A DNA stretch of 64,000 bases from Candidatus Latescibacterota bacterium (GCA_963422735.1 OY730476.1:4640001-4704000), one strand, 5' to 3'; shown: positions 1 to 10,641, counted from the first letter of the stretch. Program-made: numbers and translations. The notes: generated by a model from the letters alone, not told the origin.

Positions 1-209
1 GCTGCGTCGGCTTCCCCTTTGACGAGCCGGCAAAAGTGCTGGCCCATATGGAGCGCGAAAAGGTAGATTACGTCGTGCTGGAAAACCTCGGTTTTCCACA
101 GACTGGGCAGTACCTGTATCCGGCCATCAAGGAATACGAGAGCCGCTTCCAGGTGGTGTGGCACGACCCAACCGTGCCGACGTTTGTGTTGCGTTTTCTC
201 CGACCTTAG
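1..209 (+). CDS. 3' end of a gene truncated by the window edge; possibly the periplasmic C-terminus of a GT-C/ArnT-like membrane glycosyltransferase
   Basis: Frame 3 open from position 3 to TAG 207-209 (CVGFPFDEPAKVLAHMEREKVDYVVLENLG...FVLRFLRP*); product guessed from the 'VDYVV' motif and the glycan-gene context. Confidence 0.45.
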   Translation, partial: CVGFPFDEPAKVLAHMEREKVDYVVLENLGFPQTGQYLYPAIKEYESRFQVVWHDPTVPTFVLRFLRP

Positions 210-213
210 TGCC

Positions 214-1281
214 TCAAGCGCTGGTGCGCTCGGCGGTCGCCTCCACCATTTCCCGCATCGTCCGCTCGATGTCGTATTCGCATTCCCATTGGGGATAGTG
301 CGCTTGGAACTTGCGCACGTCGCTGATCCACCAGATGTGATCGCCCCTGCGGGCCTCATCCACAAGTGTGTAGTCGAGCGATCGGCCCGCGAGGTGTTGC
401 GCGGTTTCAATAGCCTCCAGCACAGAGACGTTGGCGCGGCGGCCACCGCCCATATTATACACTTCGCCTGCGCGGGGATTTTGGCAGAAGTGCCAGAAAG
501 CCGAGACGAGGTCTCGGCTGTGGATGTTGTCGCGGACCTGTTTGCCTTTGTAGCCAAAGATGGTATAGGGCCTCCCCGTGACTACGCATTTGACTAGGTA
601 GGACAAGAAGCCATGCAGCTCGGCGGCCGAATGGGCTGGGCCGGTTAGGCAGCCTCCGCGGAAAACGGCGGTCTTGAGACCTAAGTAGCGGCCGTATTCT
701 TGGGTTAGGATGTCGCCGGCGAGCTTGGATGCGCCGAAGAGGCTATGCTGACATTGGTCGATGCGCAGGCTCTCGTCAATGCCAAACTCTCGATAAGGGT
801 GCGCCGCGTCTAGCTCATAGCGGGTCGCGCATTCCACCAAGGGCAGCTCGTTGGGCGCATCGCCGTACACTTTGTTGGTGCCGGTAAAGATGAAAACCGC
901 TTCTGGGGAGAAGCTGCGCGTGGCTTCCAACAGGTGGAGGGTGCCGTTGGCGTTGATCTCAAAATCGGTAAGCGGTTCGCGGGCTGCCCAGTCGTGCGAG
1001 GGTTGTGCTGCTGCGTGAATTACCAGTGCGATGGCCTTGCCGCATTCGGCAAACAGCGCGTTTATGCCAGCCGCATCGCGGATGTCGAGATCGCAATGTC
1101 GGTAGTTGGGCAGTCCCTTTTCGAGCTGGGTGCGGTTCCAAGCGGTTGAGCCGTCCGCGCCGAAAAAGTACTGCCGCATGTTGTTATCTACGCCGACGAT
1201 GTCAAAGCCGCGCTCGTGCAAGAAGCGGGCCGCTTCGCTACCGACGAGACCCGCCGAGCCGGTGATCAGGGCGATGCTCAA
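214..1281 (-). CDS. NAD-dependent epimerase/dehydratase, CDP-paratose 2-epimerase (RfbE)-like
   Basis: GSAGLVG Rossmann motif, [27 protein letters not shown]; TTG start at 1281 preceded by AAGGAGG. Confidence 0.85.
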   Translation of the reverse strand: MSIALITGSAGLVGSEAARFLHERGFDIVGVDNNMRQYFFGADGSTAWNRTQLEKGLPNYRHCDLDIRDAAGINALFAECGKAIALVIHAAAQPSHDWAAREPLTDFEINANGTLHLLEATRSFSPEAVFIFTGTNKVYGDAPNELPLVECATRYELDAAHPYREFGIDESLRIDQCQHSLFGASKLAGDILTQEYGRYLGLKTAVFRGGCLTGPAHSAAELHGFLSYLVKCVVTGRPYTIFGYKGKQVRDNIHSRDLVSAFWHFCQNPRAGEVYNMGGGRRANVSVLEAIETAQHLAGRSLDYTLVDEARRGDHIWWISDVRKFQAHYPQWECEYDIERTMREMVEATAERTSA

Positions 1282-1328
1282 TGGAACGGCCTCCTTCCGG
1301 TGCGCGTTGTAATTTGCTAGCCGCACGG

Positions 1329-2411
1329 TCAGTGCAACGTTTTACTCGCTAACGTGCGGCCAGTGAACATCGGGCGGACCCGATCGTCGTTGTCCGCCAG
1401 CCAAGTGCAGATGTTGCCGACGATGTCCCGCGCGGTCTTTTGCGGGGTCCAGCCAAAGGCTGCCTGTGCCTTGGCGTTGTCGGTGACGTAATAGGGGATA
1501 TCGGTCGGCTGAGTCTGGGGGATCGCGGCGATTGTGAGGATACAGCCTGTGGCCTCTTGGCAGAGTTGGGTGTACTCCACTAGCGAGGTCGAGCCGGCAA
1601 GGCCACCGCCGGCGTTGAACACGTCGCCCGTCCACGCGGCCGGACAGGCCATTTGCGCCTCTAACAGGGTGAAGAGATCGTCCGGGTGCAAGAGGTCGCG
1701 CACTTGCTTGCCGCTGCCGCCGAACCCCGTGTAGCGCAGCTCCAATCCAAAGAAGTGTCCAGCGACCCACAGGGCGTACACGCCCTGATCGACGCGGCCC
1801 CACTGGCCTGGCCCGGCGATGACTCCGCAGCGGTTGACCACGGCCTTTAGTCCGTAGGCAGCGCAGTACTCTTGGACGAAGAGTTCGGACGCCAACTTAG
1901 TCGCGCCGTACAGCGAGCGGTGACCGGAGGTGGCAAATGCCTCGCCGATGCCGGCGGCCGACAGTCCCGCTGGCTGCGGGCCTTGTGGGTCGAGGCGAAA
2001 GCGCGTCTCCGCCTCGCGCAGGGGTAAGATGCGCAGCGCGGGTAGCGAATAGACCCTCGAAGTGGAGAGGAAGAGCAAGGCACCAGCGCGTCGGCGCGCC
2101 CACTCCAAGCAGTTGAGCGTGCCTTGGAGATTGGTGTCGATCGCATTAGTACCCGCGTGAACTGAAGGCTCGGCCGCCGCGTCGATGAGCAAGTCGAAGG
2201 TACCTGTCAGCGATTCCAAATCGCGGGGAAAGCGGATATCGCCGTGGATGAATTCTATGTTGTGCGCTCTGAAGTCGGCCAAGTTCAGCTCGGACCCGCG
2301 CCGGCTGAGGTTGTCGAAGGCAACGATGCGCCGGCTGGGGTAGTGTTGGCGGTAGCGGAGCGCCAAGCTCGCGCCGACAAAACCCGCACCACCGGCAATG
2401 CACAAGCTCAC
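1329..2411 (-). CDS. Second NAD-dependent epimerase/dehydratase (extended SDR, RfbE-like)
   Basis: GGAGFVG, YGATK catalytic YxxxK, GKQVRD; GTG start overlaps the TGA of the upstream AKR gene. Confidence 0.85.
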   Translation of the reverse strand: MSLCIAGGAGFVGASLALRYRQHYPSRRIVAFDNLSRRGSELNLADFRAHNIEFIHGDIRFPRDLESLTGTFDLLIDAAAEPSVHAGTNAIDTNLQGTLNCLEWARRRAGALLFLSTSRVYSLPALRILPLREAETRFRLDPQGPQPAGLSAAGIGEAFATSGHRSLYGATKLASELFVQEYCAAYGLKAVVNRCGVIAGPGQWGRVDQGVYALWVAGHFFGLELRYTGFGGSGKQVRDLLHPDDLFTLLEAQMACPAAWTGDVFNAGGGLAGSTSLVEYTQLCQEATGCILTIAAIPQTQPTDIPYYVTDNAKAQAAFGWTPQKTARDIVGNICTWLADNDDRVRPMFTGRTLASKTLH

Positions 2412-3391
2412 GGCAGTGGGGCGTCGGCGCGGACTAATCCCTCGTCGCGGAGCTCGGCCCAAAACGGTGGGGGAATCTCTTGCGTGAGCAAGTCGAAATT
2501 TTCTTGTACTCGCTCGGGCTGCCGCGTCCCGGGGATGATGCAGGTGATGGCCGGATGGGCGAAGACAAATTGCGAGGCCGCCGCTCGCAGATCGACTTGG
2601 TGGCGACCGGCCACGGCCTCTAGGGACTTGGCCCTAGCCGCGATTTCGGGTGGAGCCTCTTGGTAGTTGTAGGTTGCACCTGGATGCGCGCCTTTGGCCA
2701 AGATGCCGCTGTTATACGTACCACCGGCCATGATGCCGATGTTCTTTTCCACGCACAGTGGCAAGAGTTCGTCGAGTGCGCTCTGGTCGAGCAAGCTGTA
2801 GCGTCCGGCGAGGAGGAAGCAGTCGAAATCGCCCTCGCGGGCAAAGCGGGCCAGCATTTGCCATTGGTTCATGCCCGCACTGACGGCGCGGATGACGCCC
2901 TCGCTGCGCAGCTTGTCGAGTGCGGGATAAGCACCGTCGATGGCCTCCTGCGAGTGGTCGTCCGGGTCGTGAATGTGGAGGATGTCGATGCGATCTACGC
3001 CTAGGCGTTTGAGGCTGTCTTCAAAGGAGCGCATGACGCCGTCGTAGCTGAAGTCGAACACGGGTTGGTACGGGGCCGGGTCGTCGAACGCGCCCACTTG
3101 TTGGTCTTGTTCGGTTGGGACCAAGACGCGCCCTACTTTGGATGCGAGTACATAGCTGTCGCGCGGCACGTCCACGAGAGCCTGCCCGAGGCGGATTTCG
3201 CTTTTGCCGGCCCCGTACAGCGGTGCGGTGTCTAAGAGGTTTAGCCCCAGAGACAGGGCGCGCTGTACGACGGAGACGGCTTGGTCGTCTGGTATGTCGC
3301 CGTATAGGCCGCCGATAGAGGCGCAGCCCAAGCCGAGGCGGGTGACGCGCAGCCCGCTGCTGCCGAGGGTGACTTTTTCGAGTGGATTCAT
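2408..3391 (-). CDS. Aldo/keto reductase, D-threo-aldose/L-fucose dehydrogenase-like
   Basis: LGLGCA, DTAPLYG, FDFSYDGVMRS, IHDPD, LLAGRYSLLDQ motifs; ATG 3391 with SD. Confidence 0.85.
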   Translation of the reverse strand: MNPLEKVTLGSSGLRVTRLGLGCASIGGLYGDIPDDQAVSVVQRALSLGLNLLDTAPLYGAGKSEIRLGQALVDVPRDSYVLASKVGRVLVPTEQDQQVGAFDDPAPYQPVFDFSYDGVMRSFEDSLKRLGVDRIDILHIHDPDDHSQEAIDGAYPALDKLRSEGVIRAVSAGMNQWQMLARFAREGDFDCFLLAGRYSLLDQSALDELLPLCVEKNIGIMAGGTYNSGILAKGAHPGATYNYQEAPPEIAARAKSLEAVAGRHQVDLRAAASQFVFAHPAITCIIPGTRQPERVQENFDLLTQEIPPPFWAELRDEGLVRADAPLP

Positions 3392-3488
3392 GGTGTGCTC
3401 CTTATTTAGATAGCTTCTAAGCTTCGAGTGGAAAAACAAAACATAGGCTAAACCACCTTGTGCAAAAAGCCCGCCCCTTGGGACCTGC

Positions 3489-3517
3489 TTGACGCTCACA
3501 GGGGCATGCTGTACATT
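3489..3517 (+). promoter_or_regulatory. sigma70-like promoter
   Basis: TTGACG-N17-TACATT upstream of ATG 3563. Confidence 0.5.
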
Positions 3518-3562
3518 AAAGCGGCCTTTAAAATAATTCGGAACTCATTGAATATAAAAGAG

Positions 3563-4996
3563 ATGTATCAGTTTAAGGCCAAGCTGCTAGCCATGCTAAT
3601 GTTGGCCGGGTGCGCCGCCACCGAGGAGCCGCCGCAAGAAGCAGCCCGCAGCGAGCGGCCGACCTTGGCCGAGTGGCAGTGGGCCGATGGCCAGATGCCT
3701 TGGAGCACTTGGGACGAGTCGTTGTTCGCGCGCGCTCAACGCGAAGACAATCCCATATTGGTGTATTTGGCCGCCCCGGGATGCGAGGGCCTGTTTCCCG
3801 CCCCGACGCCGGCGTTGCGCCAACTGGTCGCCGAGAAATTTGTCGGCGTGCAGGTCGATCCATTCAAGCGGCCGGACATTGCTCGGCACTACGACAGCGG
3901 CGGTTGGCCGGCCCTAGTAGTAGCCCTGCCAGACGGGCAGGTTTTTGCGCGGGCCGTGGATATTCCACCATCCAATGTCGAGCCTTATCTGCGCCGATTG
4001 CGCTCGGCCTACGAGGAAAAGCGCGCGGTGCTCGTCGCCAAGGTGCAGCGCGCAGTCGCCCGTCCCGAGATTGAGAAACCCTTTGCAGTAGATGCGGTTT
4101 ACCGCGCGTGCGTGGCCGCCTTTGACTCGGCCCACGGCGGCTTTGGCGGCCCGACCAAATTTCTCGAGGCTTCGGTATTGCGCTTCCTGCTCGTCTATGC
4201 CGAGATGCAAAGCTCCGCGCCGGCGCGGCAGATGGCATTGGCCAGCTTAGACGCGGTGCTCGCCTCACCGCTTGGCGACAGCGGCGGTTTTCGCGCGTAC
4301 TCATACGCGCCGGATTGGAGCGCGCCCGCCTGCGAGCGGGACGCCCGCGATCAGGCGGCCATGCTGCATCTGTTGCTGGAGGCCAACCAACCCCGCTACG
4401 TCGAGTCGGCCAGAGCACTACTCGGCTTTGTCGAGGGTACGCTCTTCGACAAAGCCGAGGGCGCGTTCCGCGGCCGCCAAGTCATGGCCGGCACTTGGTG
4501 GACCGACCCTACGCTCTACGCCGACCGCCAAGCAGCCCTGATACGAGCCTATCTGGCTGCGGCCGCTGCCCTAGGCGACGAACGCGCCGCTCAGGTGGCC
4601 CTGCAAGCCGGCGACGCGCTCATCAACCGCTGTATCGACGCCCGCGGCCGGGTGCGGCACGTCTGCGACTCAGAGGCCGCGGGCAGTGCCGGCCTACTCG
4701 TCGATCAAGCCTTAGCGGCATTGGCTCTGTGGGAGTTGGGCCAGTGGAGTGGGGGGGCGCGGTTTGCCACGGCGGCCGAACAGGTCGCGCACTTTATGGA
4801 GCAATCGTACGACCACCCCGTTGCCCTCGGCCTGCTGCCGCACCAGACCAAGGCTCTCGCCCTCCAGCTCTACGGGCGACAGGGCCATGCCGAGCGGGTG
4901 GTCGCCTTAGCTGGCGAACCGCGCTTGGCGCAGGTGCCCGGTCGAGCGCATAGTTCGTGGGCGAGGGCCTTGCTGCTATACGGCCCGCCGCTATGA
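3563..4996 (+). CDS. DUF255/YyaL (SPATA20-like) thioredoxin-fold + alpha/alpha-barrel lipoprotein
   Basis: Lipobox LAGC; VDPFKRPDIARHY, GGWP, DSAHGGFGGPTKF and LLVDQA motifs of the YyaL family. Confidence 0.7.
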   Translation: MYQFKAKLLAMLMLAGCAATEEPPQEAARSERPTLAEWQWADGQMPWSTWDESLFARAQREDNPILVYLAAPGCEGLFPAPTPALRQLVAEKFVGVQVDPFKRPDIARHYDSGGWPALVVALPDGQVFARAVDIPPSNVEPYLRRLRSAYEEKRAVLVAKVQRAVARPEIEKPFAVDAVYRACVAAFDSAHGGFGGPTKFLEASVLRFLLVYAEMQSSAPARQMALASLDAVLASPLGDSGGFRAYSYAPDWSAPACERDARDQAAMLHLLLEANQPRYVESARALLGFVEGTLFDKAEGAFRGRQVMAGTWWTDPTLYADRQAALIRAYLAAAAALGDERAAQVALQAGDALINRCIDARGRVRHVCDSEAAGSAGLLVDQALAALALWELGQWSGGARFATAAEQVAHFMEQSYDHPVALGLLPHQTKALALQLYGRQGHAERVVALAGEPRLAQVPGRAHSSWARALLLYGPPL

Positions 4997-5892
4997 GAAT
5001 TTTGGTGACAGGTGCCACCGGCTTTTTGGGCCGCACCCTGCTCTCCTTGGAAGGGGAAGCCGAGTGGATGGGCTGCGGTCGCCGGCCCGCGGCTGCAGGC
5101 ATTCCCTATTGCCAAGTGGATCTAGCCGACCGCAAGGCGGTAGCCGCACTCGTCGCCGAACTGGCTCCAGATTGGGTGATCAACGCCGCGGCCATGACCG
5201 ATGTCGATGGCTGCGAAAAAGACGCGCCGGCCGCGCGGCAAGCCAACGTCGATATTCCCGAGAATTTGGTCGCGGCCTGCGATGTGGCCGGGGCTGGCTT
5301 GGTCCATGTTTCCACAGATTACGTCTTCGACGGCAAGCGCGGCCCCTACGACGAAGAGGATGCGGCCAATCCGCTGTCTTGCTACGGCCAACTCAAGCTC
5401 GAAAGCGAGGGCATACTAAAGAAAATGGAGCGCGTGCTAGTCGTGCGGACCCTATGGCTATACGGCTATGTTCCGCAGACTGGGTCCAACTTCCTCACGT
5501 GGGTACTGCGGGGGTTGTCTGGCGATCAGCCCCTGCGGGTTTTTGCCGATCAGTGGGGCAACCCGACCTACATCCGCGATTTGGCCCGTGCCTTAGTATC
5601 CCTGTGCGGCCAAGAGGCACGGGGCTTGTTTCACATGGGCGGCGCGACCTTTATGACGCGCTGGAAGATGGCGCGGGAGCTGGCCTGTTTCTTCGGGATC
5701 GACGGCGCGTTGATCGAGCCCGTGCCGACTCGTGCGGCCGGGCTGCCAGCCGCGCGGCCCCTGCGCTCAGGTCTGTGCACCGACGCACTCGAAGCCGCAC
5801 TCGGCCGCCGGCCTCTGCGCTTTGCCGAAGGGCTGCAACACCTCGCCGCGGCCCCGCATTTTCGCCGCGACTTCCCCCAATTTGCCCGCTAG
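4993..5892 (+). CDS. rfbD: dTDP-4-dehydrorhamnose reductase
   Basis: TGATGFLG, NAAAMTDVDGCE, HVSTDYVFDG, YGQLK, DQWGNPT, AARP. Confidence 0.9.
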   Translation: MRILVTGATGFLGRTLLSLEGEAEWMGCGRRPAAAGIPYCQVDLADRKAVAALVAELAPDWVINAAAMTDVDGCEKDAPAARQANVDIPENLVAACDVAGAGLVHVSTDYVFDGKRGPYDEEDAANPLSCYGQLKLESEGILKKMERVLVVRTLWLYGYVPQTGSNFLTWVLRGLSGDQPLRVFADQWGNPTYIRDLARALVSLCGQEARGLFHMGGATFMTRWKMARELACFFGIDGALIEPVPTRAAGLPAARPLRSGLCTDALEAALGRRPLRFAEGLQHLAAAPHFRRDFPQFAR

Positions 5893-5901
5893 CGCGTCCC
5901 C

Positions 5902-6627
5902 GTGGATCCCGTGCAGATTTCGCTGGTGACGCCCACGTATAACGAACGGGAAAGCTTGCCGCTCTTGGCCGAAGAGATATTCGCGGTCATCGGCCAAGAG
6001 CCGGATATCGACTTGGATCTCATCGTGGTAGATGACAATTCGCCCGACGGCACCGGCGCGGTGGCCGAGTCGCTGAAGGCCCGCTATCCCGTCGAAGTGA
6101 TACATCGGGCGGGCAAGCTCGGTTTGGGGTCGGCGGTGATGGCGGGTTTTGCCCAGTCGGCTCGGCCGCATCTCGGGGTGATCGACGCCGACTTGAGCCA
6201 CGACCCGGCGATCTTGCCCGAACTCATCCACAGCCTGCGCGACTGCGATCTTGCCATGGGCAGCCGCTTTGGAGCGACTAGCCGAGTCGAACGATGGGCT
6301 TGGCACCGCAAGCTGATCTCCCAAGTCGGCGTGGGCGCGGCCCGTCTGCTAACCGGGGTTGAGGATCCGCTGTCGGGTTATTTCTGTCTGCGCCGCCAAG
6401 TGATACAAGACCTAGTACTCACGTCCTCGGGTTACAAAATTCTGCTCGAAATTTTGGTCAAGGGTCTCTATCGGCAGCATCGCTCTGTGCCTTTTGTCTT
6501 CCGCAACCGCCAGTTCAGTTCCAGCAAGCTGGACCTGCGCGAGCATCTGCTCTTTGCCAAACAGATTCTCTACTTCAGCGGCTACAAGCTCATGGGCCGC
6601 CAGCGAGGTACTAGATCGTGCGACTGA
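5902..6627 (+). CDS. Polyprenol-phosphate mannose synthase-like GT2 (DPM1-like)
   Basis: PTYNE, VDDNSPDGT, KLGLGSA, DADLSHDP, DPLSGYF. Confidence 0.85.
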   Translation: MDPVQISLVTPTYNERESLPLLAEEIFAVIGQEPDIDLDLIVVDDNSPDGTGAVAESLKARYPVEVIHRAGKLGLGSAVMAGFAQSARPHLGVIDADLSHDPAILPELIHSLRDCDLAMGSRFGATSRVERWAWHRKLISQVGVGAARLLTGVEDPLSGYFCLRRQVIQDLVLTSSGYKILLEILVKGLYRQHRSVPFVFRNRQFSSSKLDLREHLLFAKQILYFSGYKLMGRQRGTRSCD

Positions 6628-8291
6628 GCGTCATCTTCCTCAGCTACAATACCCGCGACCTGACCCGACAGGCCCTGAGTGCTGTGCTGGCAGCAGCCGA
6701 GGGCCTAGAAGTGGAGATATTCGTCGTTGACAATGCCTCGACGGACGGCAGCACCGACATGGTAGCCGAGGAATTCCCGCAAGTGAAGCTCCTTTGCAAC
6801 GCGGCCAATGTGGGTTTTTCGGCCGGTAACAATGTAGCCCTGCGGGAGGTCGCCGGAGAATACGCGCTGCTGATCAATACCGATACTATCGTGCGCCGAG
6901 ATGCACTGCGCACAATGGTAGAGTTCTTAGACGCACACCCGGAAGCTGGAGCTTGCGGGTGCAAAATCCTCGACCCGGACGGCACTTTGCAGCTCGACAG
7001 CCGCCGCGGCTTTCCCACGCCATTGGCTGCTTTCTGCAAGATGTCGGGCCTGAGCCGCCTCTTTCCCAAGCACCTGCTCATTGCCCACTACCACATGACG
7101 TATCTCGACCCCGAGCAAACGGCCGAGGTCGAGGTGTTGTCTGGTTCCTGCATGATGGTGAGAAAGTCGGCCATGGACCAAGTCGGCCTACTTGACGAGG
7201 ACTACTTCATGTACGGCGAGGACATCGACTGGTGCTATCGCTTCCACCAAGCCGGCTGGAAGATATATTACGTACCGACGACCGCGATCATCCACTTCCG
7301 CGGCGAGAGTGGCCGGGGGACGCCCCTGAAAATGCTCTATCGCAAGAGCCAAGCCATGTCGATTTTTGTCAACAAGCACATGGCGCGGCGCTTTCGCTTC
7401 TTCCCGCTGTGGTTATTGCAGGTGGGCATTGCCCTGCATGGGACGTTTCGCTTCCTCGCCCGGGCGGGTCGCTCCTTGGCCATGCCTCTGATCGACGCCG
7501 GCTTGGTGCTCTGCGGCCTGAAGTTAGGTTTAGCGGTGCGCTACCACCAAGAGCTGGTGCCCTTCATCTATCGCGTTGAGCAGATCGGCAACCTCTTCGG
7601 CCTCGACGTCCAGCCGACGCGCTGGCTGGTTCCACCTCCGTACTCGGATTTGCAATGGGCTGCTGTGTACGGTGCTTCTACCTTGGTCTGGTTGTTGGCG
7701 TTTTACGTGTCGGGACTATACGACCGCCGCCGCTACTCAGTGGTGTGGTCGGTGGTGGGCGTGACGCTGGGGTTTGCCTTCATCGTGACGCTGGTCTTCT
7801 TCTTTAAGGCCTACAACTTCTCGCGGCTAGCCGCGGTCGCGGCTTGGTTTGGCAACGTGGTGTTAATCGCCGGTTGGCGCCTCGTCGCGCGTTGGTCTAT
7901 GCACCAGCGCGGCCGCGAGGGTCGGTTGCGCACCCTGCTGGTGGGAACCGATGCGACTGCAGTGGATTTCGTCGAACAGCTAGAGCGGGCGGGTATGGCC
8001 CATTGCAATCTGATCGGCGTGGTGGGAGAGGCTCCTCAGCAGCGAGGTCGCCCCTTGGCCGGTCGCCCGGTGATCGGCCACGTCGGCGAACTGGAGGAGT
8101 TGGTGAACGACTTCGCCATCGGTCACCTCGTGTTCACCCCGAGCACCATGGCGTCGTTCTTGGAGCAGCCGGTGGGGTCGCGGGATTTGCGCGTTAGTAT
8201 GGTGCCGATCGCGTTTGCCGAGATGGTTGCCGATCGCGGCGCACACGACTCTGCTCCCCTGCCCCTCGTGGAAATTAGGGCGGGCAGTTGA
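6618..8291 (+). CDS. GT2 glycosyltransferase fused to a WcaJ-type membrane + Rossmann (CoA-binding-like) region
   Basis: VVDNASTDGS, NVGFSAGNN, FMYGEDIDWC, followed by several TM helices and RTLLVGT...GRPVIG. Confidence 0.8.
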   Translation: MRLSVIFLSYNTRDLTRQALSAVLAAAEGLEVEIFVVDNASTDGSTDMVAEEFPQVKLLCNAANVGFSAGNNVALREVAGEYALLINTDTIVRRDALRTMVEFLDAHPEAGACGCKILDPDGTLQLDSRRGFPTPLAAFCKMSGLSRLFPKHLLIAHYHMTYLDPEQTAEVEVLSGSCMMVRKSAMDQVGLLDEDYFMYGEDIDWCYRFHQAGWKIYYVPTTAIIHFRGESGRGTPLKMLYRKSQAMSIFVNKHMARRFRFFPLWLLQVGIALHGTFRFLARAGRSLAMPLIDAGLVLCGLKLGLAVRYHQELVPFIYRVEQIGNLFGLDVQPTRWLVPPPYSDLQWAAVYGASTLVWLLAFYVSGLYDRRRYSVVWSVVGVTLGFAFIVTLVFFFKAYNFSRLAAVAAWFGNVVLIAGWRLVARWSMHQRGREGRLRTLLVGTDATAVDFVEQLERAGMAHCNLIGVVGEAPQQRGRPLAGRPVIGHVGELEELVNDFAIGHLVFTPSTMASFLEQPVGSRDLRVSMVPIAFAEMVADRGAHDSAPLPLVEIRAGS

Positions 8292-8302
8292 GCCGAGCGG
8301 TG

Positions 8303-8331
8303 TTGATTTTTTGCCTTTATTTACGTATTGT
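8303..8331 (+). promoter_or_regulatory. sigma70-like promoter
   Basis: TTGATT-N17-TATTGT upstream of the ABC exporter genes. Confidence 0.45.
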
Positions 8332-8360
8332 GAACGCGAGGATACGCTGGGAGAATAACT

Positions 8361-9062
8361 ATGTCTGAGAGGCGTTTGGCAGGCGGTCGGGAGATCGTGC
8401 TGCCGATGAGTAAAGCAGTGGAAATTAGTTTTCGCAGCCTGAAAATTCGCTTTGGCCGCTCGCTGATCACCACCAGCGGCGTGATTCTGGCCATTGCCTT
8501 TTTAATGTCTGTGTGGAGCAGCAACGAAATCGTCAGTAGCCTGCGGAGCGCGGACAAAAGCGAGATCAACTTGTTGTTGCAAAAAAACGGCATTGAGACT
8601 GGTATCACCGAGGCCGGCGACGCTTCCGAGGAGGCCGAGGGCCGCATACAGGAAGAGCGATCCAAGCAGACTTGGCTCATTAGTCTCTCGCTTTTGGTCT
8701 GCGTCGTCGGCATTGCCAACGCCATGTTGATGTCGGTGACCGAGCGGTTCCGCGAGATCGGCACCATGAAGTGCCTCGGGGCCTTGGACGCCTTTATCGT
8801 CAAGCTCTTCCTCCTTGAATCGACCTTTCAGGGGTTGGTGGGGACCTCGGCGGGGATCGTCATTGGCTTCGCGCTGACGCTGGGCCTAGCCCTGCTCGAT
8901 TACGGTGGTTACGCGCTCACCTATTTCCCATTGGGCGGTATCGCCGAATCGGCTGGCTACGCCTTAGTGGTGGGGACCCTGCTTTCGCTGATCGGCGCCA
9001 TGTTGCCGGCGTACCGAGCGGCCAAGATGGAGCCGGTCGAAGCCATGCGCTCCGACACTTGA
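8361..9062 (+). CDS. FtsX/MacB-family ABC transporter permease
   Basis: GIANAMLMSVTERFREIGTMKCLGA and PAYRAAKMEPVEAMR signatures. Confidence 0.9.
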   Translation: MSERRLAGGREIVLPMSKAVEISFRSLKIRFGRSLITTSGVILAIAFLMSVWSSNEIVSSLRSADKSEINLLLQKNGIETGITEAGDASEEAEGRIQEERSKQTWLISLSLLVCVVGIANAMLMSVTERFREIGTMKCLGALDAFIVKLFLLESTFQGLVGTSAGIVIGFALTLGLALLDYGGYALTYFPLGGIAESAGYALVVGTLLSLIGAMLPAYRAAKMEPVEAMRSDT

Positions 9063-9082
9063 TTTCTTAGAGGAGATCTGAA

Positions 9083-9853
9083 ATGACCGAAACTGCCCTG
9101 GGCGAGGTCGCTGTCCAAGAAGCGGAAAAACGCACGGTAGTACGGACCCAGCAGGTAAAGAAAATTTACTTGATGGGCGAGATTGAGGTTCACGCCCTGC
9201 GCGGGGTCGATATGGAGATCTATACTGGCGAGTATTTGTCGATCATGGGGCCTTCAGGCTCGGGTAAGAGCACCTTCTTCAACATGGTCGGCGGCCTCGA
9301 CAAGCCCTCGGAGGGCAAGGTGTACATCGACGAGGTAGACGTCGCCCAGCTCGACGCATATGAGTTGGCTTGGCTGCGTTGCCGCAAGATCGGCTACATC
9401 TTCCAGTCGTTCAACTTGATCCCGGTGATGACCGCGCTCGAAAACGTCACCTTGCCGATGGTCTTCGCCGGCCTGACCAGCGACGAGGCCCGCGACAAGG
9501 GCATGGAGCTTTTGGTCAAGGTGGGCCTTGGCGAGCGGTACTCGCACAAGCCCTACGAGCTTTCGGGCGGCCAGCAGCAGCGCGTGGCCGTCGCCCGCGC
9601 CTTGGCCAATGACCCAGCTGTCGTCCTCGCCGACGAGCCGACGGGGAATCTAGACCTGCGCACGGGCACCGAAATCATCGAATTGCTCAAAGAGATGAAC
9701 GAGAATTCCGGCGTGACGGTCATCTCGGCGACCCACGACCACAAGATGCTCAGCGTCTCCGACCGCGTAGTGTGGGTCAAGGATGGCCAAGTCGATCACG
9801 TGCGCAAACGCGAAGAGCTCGATATCGAAGTAACTCACGTAGAAGGCGAATAG
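9083..9853 (+). CDS. ABC transporter ATP-binding protein (LolD/MacB-like)
   Basis: GPSGSGKST, LSGGQQQR, LADEPTGNLD, H-loop. Confidence 0.95.
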   Translation: MTETALGEVAVQEAEKRTVVRTQQVKKIYLMGEIEVHALRGVDMEIYTGEYLSIMGPSGSGKSTFFNMVGGLDKPSEGKVYIDEVDVAQLDAYELAWLRCRKIGYIFQSFNLIPVMTALENVTLPMVFAGLTSDEARDKGMELLVKVGLGERYSHKPYELSGGQQQRVAVARALANDPAVVLADEPTGNLDLRTGTEIIELLKEMNENSGVTVISATHDHKMLSVSDRVVWVKDGQVDHVRKREELDIEVTHVEGE

Positions 9854-10641
9854 TGCTGCCGACCTACCCGGCCGCCTTCTGGGTTTGCGCGGTGGGGGCC
9901 GTGTTATTGATGGGGGTGGCCAAGGCCGGCTTTGGCGGCGGCGTCGGGATTTTGGCCACCCCGCTTTTGGCCCTGACGGTTTCGGTGGCGGACGCGGCGG
10001 TCCTGTTGCTGCCGCTGTTGATCGCCTGCGATGTGTTCGCCGTCCGGCACTACCGCCGCACCTTCGACAAAACGAGCGTCCAACGGCTCCTGCCCGGTTC
10101 CGCCTTGGGGATCGGTGCTGGGGCCTTTTTTTTTGGGTACTTCAGTCGGCACGAGCGCGTTCTAGAAATGGGCTTGGGCTGCTTGGCTTTGCTGTTTGTC
10201 GCTTTTCAGTTCGGGCGGGCGGCGATTGTCGGGGCCGTGCGGAAGCAGCGTCCGGGGCCACTCGTCGGCGTACTGATGGGCGCGGTCTCGGGCTTTACCT
10301 CGACGATCGCCCACGCTGGCGCGCCGCCGGTGGTCATCTACCTGCTGCCGCAGCAGCTACCGCGCCATGTCTTCGTTGGCACCACGGTCATCTTCTTTGC
10401 CATGCTCAACTTGCTCAAACTGCTGCCCTATTGGGGCTTGGGGCTTTTTCACGCCGACATTTTTAAGACGACTTTGCTGTTGGCACCGCTGGCGTACGCC
10501 GGGGTGCGGTTGGGCGTGTTTTTAAATCAGCGATTTAGCGACGTGTGGTTCAATCGGGTGGTGTATGGGATGTTGCTGGCGACGGCGATACAGTTGATTA
10601 CCGGAGATAATCTGCTGGAGGGGATGGTCCGCGGGCGATAG
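9853..10641 (+). CDS. TauE/SafE-family sulfite exporter
   Basis: Hydrophobic multi-TM protein with GFGGG and SGFTSTIAHAGAPP motifs. Confidence 0.85.
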   Translation: MLPTYPAAFWVCAVGAVLLMGVAKAGFGGGVGILATPLLALTVSVADAAVLLLPLLIACDVFAVRHYRRTFDKTSVQRLLPGSALGIGAGAFFFGYFSRHERVLEMGLGCLALLFVAFQFGRAAIVGAVRKQRPGPLVGVLMGAVSGFTSTIAHAGAPPVVIYLLPQQLPRHVFVGTTVIFFAMLNLLKLLPYWGLGLFHADIFKTTLLLAPLAYAGVRLGVFLNQRFSDVWFNRVVYGMLLATAIQLITGDNLLEGMVRGR

